Assembly (NCBI GenBank): GCA_964429215.1
Contig: CAYSAY010000001.1
Coordinates: forward strand, 118,127 to 182,126
Source of the DNA: an uncultured Gammaproteobacteria bacterium
GTDB taxonomy: Bacteria; Patescibacteriota; Microgenomatia; UBA8517
Reading direction: 5' to 3'
Length of the DNA: 64,000 nt
Part shown: piece after piece, positions 57,071 to 64,000 of the stretch
Layout: each line of letters starts with the position of its first letter
Position numbering within the stretch: the stretch's first letter is position 1
Made by a program: the position numbers and the translations under genes
Notes under the pieces: model-generated
The model's database searches: none
What the model was told of the DNA's origin: nothing
What the model saw: the letters and a program-made list of their open reading frames with translations, nothing else

Positions 57071-57855
57071 GAAAATACAAATTAATTAAATTATTATCAA
57101 AAAATCAAAAATATACTATTGGACTCTATTCAGATCGAGATGGTAATAAATTTGTCATAAAATCTATTGCAGGAGATGGTAGTATTATTACTCGTAAATT
57201 ATTGCTAAATGAATTTACAATGGTAAATATTTTGTCTCAAAAATATAATAAAATATTACATTTTCCAAAAGTAAAAGAATTTATTAAGAATGATAAATCT
57301 ATGTATATTGTGTATGAATATATTAAAGGCAAAGTATTAACTAAACATGACAATAATTACCAGTTAAAAGTTATTAATAAATTGCTTTTGGAGTTGAAAA
57401 GTATGACCAATTTATTAAACGATGAAGATAGAAAAAAAATTAAAATACATAATAAACTATTTTATATGTCTTCTTTACCTATATTATATTTTTTTGCAAT
57501 TCTAAATAATTACAAACATATAAATATTATTACTTTAGCATTTAAAAAATGTATATTTTCTTTTAAAGAACTTGTTAAAAGTCCGTTGACTTTAACACAT
57601 CGTGATATTAAACCAGATAACATAATTATTAAAAACAAAGAAATATATTTATTAGATTGCGAACAAATGGTCTTAACTTATAGCGAGTACGATATAAACA
57701 AAATCTATTTAGATCACAATGGAATGCATATTAATTCTCACACATTAAACGTAGTTTTAATGAATTACATTTGTTTAAGTTATTGTTCATCTTTTGGAAA
57801 GAGAAGTTTATATTCGAATAAATATATCAAAATGTTGTACAAAATAAATAATTAA
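57067..57855 (+). CDS. Protein-kinase-like fold small kinase (APH/LPS-kinase/Kdo-kinase-like), putative sugar kinase
   Basis: Catalytic-loop-like LTHRDIKPDNIII and the DFG-equivalent LLDCEQ. Extremely AT-rich. ATGA overlap with the upstream gene. Confidence 0.5.
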   Translation: MRKYKLIKLLSKNQKYTIGLYSDRDGNKFVIKSIAGDGSIITRKLLLNEFTMVNILSQKYNKILHFPKVKEFIKNDKSMYIVYEYIKGKVLTKHDNNYQLKVINKLLLELKSMTNLLNDEDRKKIKIHNKLFYMSSLPILYFFAILNNYKHINIITLAFKKCIFSFKELVKSPLTLTHRDIKPDNIIIKNKEIYLLDCEQMVLTYSEYDINKIYLDHNGMHINSHTLNVVLMNYICLSYCSSFGKRSLYSNKYIKMLYKINN

Positions 57856-57856
57856 T

Positions 57857-59071
57857 ATGAAATTATTAATAGCACCATTACATTACGTTGCGGATAAGTA
57901 TGAAGGTAGCGAATATACACGGGCTTATGACTATCTAGAATATTTATCTAGACAAAAAGATATCAATGGTGATGTGCTAGTTGGATATTGCAGTGAAAAG
58001 AAGATGGGCAACTTAAAAATAATATCTATGTTTAAGAGAAAGCCAACTTATATTTCTAACATTATCAGATTACAGTTTGTTGTTTGGATCTTCATCAAGT
58101 GGCTACTGTTGAAACTTAGAAATAACTATGATGTTATTTGGCACAATGGTCCGTTTTCTCTAAATGAGACGTTTTCACTTGTAGCAATTTTAAATAAATC
58201 CACGCCATTTATAATTGGGCCAATAGTTACGCCACATCAATATGTGAGCGAAGACGAGTCTCGTTCAATGGGTAAGAAAATATTTAAAAGAAACTTGTTG
58301 CAAATCGTTTTAAAAAAGATTGATCACTTGACATATCCATTGTCGAAAGTTTTTAGGTATTTGTCATATCTAACGTTAAGGAAAAGTAAGCTAGTTTTGG
58401 TGAAAGAAACTGATTGTTTAAAGTTAATAAATAAATATGATTTTAGAAATATAATAGTACATAATATGGGATTAAATTTAAAAGAATTTGGTTTCAATCA
58501 TGCTAAATATATCAATGCTAATGTTGTAAATATTATTACAGTTAGTTATTTAGTGAAGCGGAAAGGTGTAACAGACCTTGTTGATATTATGAATTATTTG
58601 ATTAAATCTAGAAAAAGAACAAATTATCGATTAAAAATAGTTGGTAGTGGGCCTGAATTTGATAATATAAAAAGAAAAATAAAAGAGTTGAATTTAAGTA
58701 AGTATATAAAACTTGTTGGATTTGTCACTAAGAAATTAATACATAAATACTATGAGAATTCTGACTTATTTGTTACCACAACATTGTCAGACTCAATGCC
58801 TGCCATGTACTTTGAGGCTATGGCATCTGGGTTACTGGTCATTAGTTACGATAACCCAAGTGTTAGAGAGCTTAAATTAAAAGGAGCTAAGATAGTAACC
58901 TCAGAAGTTGGTAATATATCAAATTATGCTAAATGTATTATGGATAATACAAAAGATAGTAATAAATTAATGGCATTAGGTAAGGCAAATTATAAATTAT
59001 CTAAAGAAGAATTTAGTTTTGAGAAAAAAATGGAGATGTTTACAAGTTATTTAGAAAAGTTAAAAAAATGA
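57857..59071 (+). CDS. GT4-family glycosyltransferase
   Basis: C-terminal FVTTTLSDSMPAMYFEAMASGLLVISYD (the E-x7-E motif) and the Rossmann-like ITVSYLVKRKG. Confidence 0.7.
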   Translation: MKLLIAPLHYVADKYEGSEYTRAYDYLEYLSRQKDINGDVLVGYCSEKKMGNLKIISMFKRKPTYISNIIRLQFVVWIFIKWLLLKLRNNYDVIWHNGPFSLNETFSLVAILNKSTPFIIGPIVTPHQYVSEDESRSMGKKIFKRNLLQIVLKKIDHLTYPLSKVFRYLSYLTLRKSKLVLVKETDCLKLINKYDFRNIIVHNMGLNLKEFGFNHAKYINANVVNIITVSYLVKRKGVTDLVDIMNYLIKSRKRTNYRLKIVGSGPEFDNIKRKIKELNLSKYIKLVGFVTKKLIHKYYENSDLFVTTTLSDSMPAMYFEAMASGLLVISYDNPSVRELKLKGAKIVTSEVGNISNYAKCIMDNTKDSNKLMALGKANYKLSKEEFSFEKKMEMFTSYLEKLKK

Positions 59072-60582
59072 AATACAACATTTTAAGTAAATTAGGAAAC
59101 GTAATAATATTATTTTTTGTTATTATTGTGGTAACTATAACAATCAAGGGTTCAAGTGATATTAAATATTATCAAAATAATATTGATACGAGAATGTTTG
59201 GACCATTTGAGACTTCAAATAATTCATCAAGATTTGCTTTAACGGAAGCTATTGTTAAAAATAAAAGCCTGTTTTTATCTGATGAATTAGCTTCTGTTGC
59301 TTCGCCAGATCTTACAAAAATTAATGGTAAATTTATAACAATATTTACTCCGGGTATTTCTTTTATGGGACTTCCATTTTACTACTTAGGTTATAAATTT
59401 GGTTATCCACAAATTAGCACTTATTTGTTAAGTTCTTTTATTTCAATTATCAATATATATTTGATAGCAAACATATTGCTAAAACTTAAAATGAATAAAT
59501 GGATAAGTATATTCTGTGGATTAATATATTTATTTGCCACAAATTCGTTATCATATTCAAATTCATTTAATCAGCATCAAGTAAGTACGTTTTTGTTGTT
59601 ACTTTCAATTCTGTTGTCAATAAAACCGATTACTTATCTAAATAATTTGATATTTGGAATTATTTATGGGATTGCCATATTGGTTGACATACCAAATGCG
59701 CTTTTACTACTCCCGATATTAACATACCAAGCATGTAGAAATGTAAGAGTAATTCCTGAAAAGAAAATATATTCTTTAAAAATAAATACATCAATATTGC
59801 TTATTGTTATGGGCTTATTACCTTCAATGTTTCTTTTTGGGTGGTATAACCGTAGTGTTACGGGAGATTATTTAAAATTAGGACAAGTTTATGGTAGATA
59901 TATCTATACCAATACTAGGATAGAGGATGTTGTTGAAATATCAAAAAAGAAAGACAAAAGTGAATTTAAACAATTTGATTCAAGACGATTATTAAGTGGC
60001 CTTACCGTATTGTTATTTAGTCGCGACCGAGGAATAGTTGTGTATTCTCCAATATTTATATTCGGTATTGTGGGTATGATAATTGCTAGTAAAAGAAAAA
60101 ACAATTATTTAAATATTATTTTACTATCTACTGTGATTATGAATTTAATTGTCTACTCGTTGTTTAATGATCCTTGGGGAGGTTGGGCTTTTGGTCCGAG
60201 GTACTTGATACCGTCGAATGCAATTTTGTCATTACTAATTGCATTTACTATAAATAAATATTATAAGAATTTACTGTTTATTTCTATCTTAGGGATAGTA
60301 CTTATATATTCGGTATCAATAAATGTATTAGGAGCATTGACAACACAATTAGTTCCTTCAAGTGTACAACTTCCTTTTTTAACAGGAAAGGTATCTGACA
60401 CTTTTCTTTATAATTATTCATTTTTGAAATCTAACATGAGTAGCTCGTTGTTTTACAATTTGTTATTGGCTGATCATATTAATTTTGCTAATTTTGTAGC
60501 AATTGTGGTTATTGCAATGATTATATTTTTTGGGGTGATATATTTATTAATTTTAAAAGATAAAAACAAATCCCATGAATGA
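59068..60582 (+). CDS. GT-C fold membrane glycosyltransferase (PMT/ArnT-like, GT39/GT83-type)
   Basis: At least 10 TM helices. The first extracytoplasmic loop carries an acidic motif (RFALTEAIVKNKSLF) in the position of the GT-C DE/DD motif. Confidence 0.55.
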   Translation: MKYNILSKLGNVIILFFVIIVVTITIKGSSDIKYYQNNIDTRMFGPFETSNNSSRFALTEAIVKNKSLFLSDELASVASPDLTKINGKFITIFTPGISFMGLPFYYLGYKFGYPQISTYLLSSFISIINIYLIANILLKLKMNKWISIFCGLIYLFATNSLSYSNSFNQHQVSTFLLLLSILLSIKPITYLNNLIFGIIYGIAILVDIPNALLLLPILTYQACRNVRVIPEKKIYSLKINTSILLIVMGLLPSMFLFGWYNRSVTGDYLKLGQVYGRYIYTNTRIEDVVEISKKKDKSEFKQFDSRRLLSGLTVLLFSRDRGIVVYSPIFIFGIVGMIIASKRKNNYLNIILLSTVIMNLIVYSLFNDPWGGWAFGPRYLIPSNAILSLLIAFTINKYYKNLLFISILGIVLIYSVSINVLGALTTQLVPSSVQLPFLTGKVSDTFLYNYSFLKSNMSSSLFYNLLLADHINFANFVAIVVIAMIIFFGVIYLLILKDKNKSHE

Positions 60583-62191
60583 AATTAATTTAAAGATAAG
60601 CAAAAAATTTGTAGAAAAAGCAAAAAGTTTTTTTGATTTGTATAATTTATCTATAATTGTTATTTTGCTTGTTTTGGTGTCAATCAGTTTTTTTTATTTT
60701 TACCTAAATAATAAATTAGGACTCTCCTATAACGATGCTAGATCACACTTAGATATTGGTAGAAGAGTTGTTGAAAGTCTAAAGCCTGGAATTGCACAGC
60801 TTGGATCTGTTTGGTTACCGTTAAACCACGTGTTAATGATTCCTTTGATTTGGAATGATTGGGCATGGCACTCTGGTTTTGCTGGTGCGGTTTGGAACAT
60901 GATTTCATTTGTTGGTACAGGAGTATTGATTTATAAAATTTTAGAGATTTTTAATGTCAAATTAATTGGGAAGTTGTTTGGTGTCTTGGTTTTTGCAGCG
61001 AACCTGAATGTTTTGTATTTGCAGTCTACTGCGATGACTGAACCGCTTCTTTTGGCTACCATGACTGCTGGTTGTTACTACTTACTACTTTGGGCGAAGG
61101 ACGAAAGAGTAATTAATTTAGTTAAATCTTCGTTTTGGGTTATGATGGCAACACTTGTACGATACGATGGATGGTTTTTGCTATTGTTTTCTGTAGCTGT
61201 TGTTGCAATCTTAATGTTTGTTAAGCGAGGATACCGTGTATCTGAAGGACTGGTTGTGATGTTTGCGACGATGGGTGGGTTTGGTATATTTTTATGGTTT
61301 GTCTGGAATTGGGTTATATTTTCAGACCCTCTTTACTTTATACTTGGACCTTTTTCTGCTCATGCACAGCAGTTGGTAATGGAGGAAGCAGGTGCATTAC
61401 CAACAAAATATAACTTGTTATTATCCACTCAAGTTTATTTGTATTCCGTATTTTATAATTCTATAACTACAACTGCATTACTTGGTTTTTTTGGGGGGGT
61501 AATAATGTTGTTTGATAAGAAAATAAAACCTGAACTTAGGTTTGCGAGTATTGCTTTGATGTCACCTTTATTTTTTAATATTGCATCTTTATTCTTTGGA
61601 TTTTCTGTTATTTTTATTCAAGGGATTTCTGGAGATACTTGGTTTAATGTTCGATATGGAGTTATGTTAATGCCAACCTTTGCTGTATTTATTGGATACT
61701 TGATTAACAGATTCTCAAATTTGAAATGGGTAATTATTGGAACATTTTTATTTGTAACGTTTTTTGCCTTTGCAAATAATGATTCTGTGGCAATGGACGA
61801 TGCTCGCGTTGGATCTTCACAAAAAAATGTTGCTGAAGTATCTGGTTGGTTGGAAAAAAATACAAAGGACAAAAAAGGTTTTATATTAATTTCTGCTGCT
61901 TCTCATGATGCTATTATATTTTCTAGCAATCTTCCTATGAAGAAGTTTATACATGAAGGAACAGGTAAGTATTGGGAATCTGCAACTACAACACCTGATA
62001 GATGGGCAAGATGGATAGTTCTTAGAACCTATGATAAGAATGATTTATCTTATCAAGCTGTTGGAGATTTAACTAGTTTTAAGACAATGTATAATTTAGT
62101 TGATTCCTATCCATTTGCTGACATTTATGAATTAAAAGAAGAATATTTAAATAATTTAAATACGGAAGCAAATCTTGGAAAGCAAAAGTAA
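60575..62191 (+). CDS. GT-C fold membrane glycosyltransferase (PMT/ArnT-like), second paralog with C-terminal soluble domain
   Basis: Multi-TM protein. The loop motif SYNDARSHLDIGRRV lies in the first external loop. C-terminal soluble domain of about 130 aa. Confidence 0.55.
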   Translation: MNEINLKISKKFVEKAKSFFDLYNLSIIVILLVLVSISFFYFYLNNKLGLSYNDARSHLDIGRRVVESLKPGIAQLGSVWLPLNHVLMIPLIWNDWAWHSGFAGAVWNMISFVGTGVLIYKILEIFNVKLIGKLFGVLVFAANLNVLYLQSTAMTEPLLLATMTAGCYYLLLWAKDERVINLVKSSFWVMMATLVRYDGWFLLLFSVAVVAILMFVKRGYRVSEGLVVMFATMGGFGIFLWFVWNWVIFSDPLYFILGPFSAHAQQLVMEEAGALPTKYNLLLSTQVYLYSVFYNSITTTALLGFFGGVIMLFDKKIKPELRFASIALMSPLFFNIASLFFGFSVIFIQGISGDTWFNVRYGVMLMPTFAVFIGYLINRFSNLKWVIIGTFLFVTFFAFANNDSVAMDDARVGSSQKNVAEVSGWLEKNTKDKKGFILISAASHDAIIFSSNLPMKKFIHEGTGKYWESATTTPDRWARWIVLRTYDKNDLSYQAVGDLTSFKTMYNLVDSYPFADIYELKEEYLNNLNTEANLGKQK

Positions 62192-62196
62192 CTAAT

Positions 62197-63168
62197 ATGA
62201 AATTAAAAATTATAATAGTTTTATTAATAATATCTATCTCTGCTTTTGCATATATTAAATTGTCAAAATCAGAAAAAATTATAATTCCTGAAAAAAGATG
62301 GAAAGTAACTTCCATTGATACTGTTAAATATTCAAGAGATTTGGCAAGAGAAAAAGAAAATAATGAAGAATTTTTAAACACAATTGATAAACAAGTTAAG
62401 GTAATTGCAGAAACAGGTGCTACTCATATATCAATTGGAACTCCGTATGATGAAGAATTTATTCCATTTCTAACAAAGTGGGTAAAGTCGGCACGTACGT
62501 ATGGATTAAAAGTATGGTTTAGAGGAAATTTTTCAGGGTGGGAAAAATGGTTTGGGTATCCAAGAATAGATAGAGATGAACATAAAAAATTAGTTGCAGA
62601 ATTTATTAATAAAAATGGTGAATTATTTGAAGACGGTGACATATTTACTAGTTGTCCTGAATGCGAAAATGGTGGTCCTGGAGATCCACGTCAGAATAGT
62701 GATCTAGAAGGTCATAGACGATTTTTAATTGATGAATATGCAATAACAAAAAATGAATTTAGATCAGTTGGCAAGAATGTAACTACTAATTATTTCCCAA
62801 TGAACGGTGATGTAGCAAGGCTTGTAATGGATATGGAAACAACAAGAAATTTAGGTGGAATTGTGACCGTAGATCATTATGTACGTGATCCTGAAAAATT
62901 AAATAATGATTTGACAGAACTTGCCTTGTTATCTGGTGGGAAAATAGTACTTGGTGAATTTGGTGCACCAATTCCTGATATACATGGTCAAATGACAGAG
63001 GGTGAACAATCTGATTGGGTGGGTAAAACAATGGAATTGTTAAGTGGTAATAGTAATGTTATTGGTATTAATTATTGGACGAATAAAGGAGGATCAACTG
63101 AAATATGGAATAAAGATTATTCCCCAAAAAAGACAGTTGAAGTACTAACAAGATATTTTAAAATGTAA
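62197..63168 (+). CDS. Putative clan GH-A (TIM-barrel) glycoside hydrolase, signal-anchored
   Basis: N-terminal TM. Candidate acid/base ...CENGGPGDP and nucleophile ...IVLGEFGAP, which resemble the GH5/GH113 NEP and TEFG positions. This is a weak call. Confidence 0.35.
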   Translation: MKLKIIIVLLIISISAFAYIKLSKSEKIIIPEKRWKVTSIDTVKYSRDLAREKENNEEFLNTIDKQVKVIAETGATHISIGTPYDEEFIPFLTKWVKSARTYGLKVWFRGNFSGWEKWFGYPRIDRDEHKKLVAEFINKNGELFEDGDIFTSCPECENGGPGDPRQNSDLEGHRRFLIDEYAITKNEFRSVGKNVTTNYFPMNGDVARLVMDMETTRNLGGIVTVDHYVRDPEKLNNDLTELALLSGGKIVLGEFGAPIPDIHGQMTEGEQSDWVGKTMELLSGNSNVIGINYWTNKGGSTEIWNKDYSPKKTVEVLTRYFKM

Positions 63169-63169
63169 G

Positions 63170-63838
63170 TTACATGTATCCTTCAGGATACATTGTGTAT
63201 TCTTCTTCTCTGTTTGTTGATTTTGTTATAGCAATAATTTTTTCTGTGACTTCATCAACTGTTAAATATTTTTTACCAAGTCTTTCTAATTCCTTTCTTT
63301 TATCTATTCCACCAGTACCAAAAGGAGTCATAATACTTCCAAGTGTGAACAAGCAGACATCAATATGTTTTGGTTTTAGTTCCCTGTGTAGTGAAAGACT
63401 TAACCCTCTTAGTGCAAACTTTGATGAACAGTATGATGATCTGTCTGCTGCACTAATTACTCCCATTCCTGAACCAATATTAAAAATCAATGGGTTTTCT
63501 GAAGACCGCATATTACTGGATAAATATTTTGAAAAGATAAATGGTGCTGTTACATTTATTGCAAATGCAGTTTCCCATTCTTCTACACTTAAGTCTTCTA
63601 TGTTTTTATATATGCCAATACCTGCTATATTGTATAAATAATCGATGTTTGGAAATTTGGCTTTTAACGTTTCAGCTAATTTTATAACATCTTGAGGTTT
63701 TCTAAAATCACAACTATATTCTTGTTCTAAATCAATAGATACGCATTTAACGCCACACTCATTTAGTTTTTTAACTAGTACGCTTCCTATTGCTCCGTTT
63801 GCACCAGTTATGACTGCGATTTTTCCCTTAATGTCCAT
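63170..63838 (-). CDS. Short-chain dehydrogenase/reductase (SDR) family oxidoreductase
   Basis: TGANGAIGS cofactor motif. NIGSG and the YxxxK active-site motif (SYCSSKFA). Confidence 0.8.
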   Translation of the reverse strand: MDIKGKIAVITGANGAIGSVLVKKLNECGVKCVSIDLEQEYSCDFRKPQDVIKLAETLKAKFPNIDYLYNIAGIGIYKNIEDLSVEEWETAFAINVTAPFIFSKYLSSNMRSSENPLIFNIGSGMGVISAADRSSYCSSKFALRGLSLSLHRELKPKHIDVCLFTLGSIMTPFGTGGIDKRKELERLGKKYLTVDEVTEKIIAITKSTNREEEYTMYPEGYM

Positions 63839-64000
63839 TAGTAATTATACCATATAATCGGTTTAATCCGTTGACTTATACACAATAAAATTGTATACTA
63901 AACGATAATAATTACTGCTCCAATTATTAACAATATTAATTGATTTTAATGAGAATTTCATTAAGTTTATTTATCGCTTTAATATTATTACTTACTAATT

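Noticed and set aside
1-64000. CRISPR array / cas genes
   Set aside because: No series of regularly spaced direct repeats is visible anywhere. The only repetitive DNA is coding low-complexity sequence (PT-rich linkers, E/K repeats).
1-64000. Alternative genetic code (UGA recoding, as in some CPR lineages)
   Set aside because: UGA clearly terminates well-conserved genes. The DD-carboxypeptidase ends TGA-TAA at 4824-4829, serS ends on the TGA of an ATGA overlap at 30350-30353, and RF2 (prfB) is present. The standard bacterial code applies.
1-64000. rRNA genes, tmRNA, RNase P RNA
   Set aside because: No stretch shows the conserved rRNA, tmRNA (tRNA-like end plus tag ORF) or P4-helix RNase P signatures. 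The non-coding gaps are too short, apart from 15824-16126 and 40997-41578, which lack those motifs.

Overview
This 64 kb window is a compact, AT-rich (about 30-35% GC) bacterial chromosome segment with almost no non-coding space. Many stop/start codons overlap (ATGA, TAATG), and UGA is read as a stop, so the standard bacterial code applies (for example the DD-carboxypeptidase ends TGA-TAA at 4824-4829). The gene content suggests a reduced-genome, CPR/Patescibacteria-like organism. It includes class I (archaeal-type) LysRS, a short GAD-less archaeal-type AspRS, a lamin-tail-domain protein, a free-standing LAGLIDADG endonuclease and two membrane-anchored LytR_C proteins. I cannot verify the lineage from sequence alone.

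Housekeeping genes recognised from motifs:
- recJ (5' truncated), aspS, a DD-carboxypeptidase, gltX, a DEAD-box helicase, a GIY-YIG protein, dus, mltG, and a dGTPase-like HD protein.
- tRNA-Gln(CUG), sodA, an M14-like peptidase, a PQQ sugar dehydrogenase, dgkA, a PAP2 phosphatase, lon, tRNA-Glu(CUC), def, greA, class I lysRS, serS, an ABC exporter, rarA, secA, tgt, prfB, and ftsE-ftsX with an M23 (EnvC-like) peptidase.

Hunt results:
- The most striking feature is a glycan-biosynthesis locus at about 50.6-63.8 kb, centred on a single 1565-1572 aa polypeptide. Its domain order is DPM1-like GT2, processive QxxRW GT2 with its own TM bundle, a Wzx/MOP-type flippase-like 12-TM domain, then GT4.
- That protein is followed by a protein-kinase-like small kinase, a GT4, two GT-C (PMT/ArnT-like) membrane glycosyltransferases, a GH-A-like hydrolase and an SDR.
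- An abruptly more AT-rich patch (57.07-60.58 kb) suggests mosaic acquisition within this operon.
- Other unusual items are an AspRS with a C-terminal YbaK/ProX-type deacylase domain, preceded by a T-box leader.
- A peptide deformylase is fused to a spermidine-synthase-like methyltransferase domain and a SEC-C zinc motif, and a paralogous stand-alone MTase lies nearby.
- A near-consensus sigma70 promoter sits in front of greA, with a structured leader and a U8 tract just before the start codon.
- A LAGLIDADG endonuclease gene abuts tRNA-Gln, and there is a Bro-N phage-type protein.
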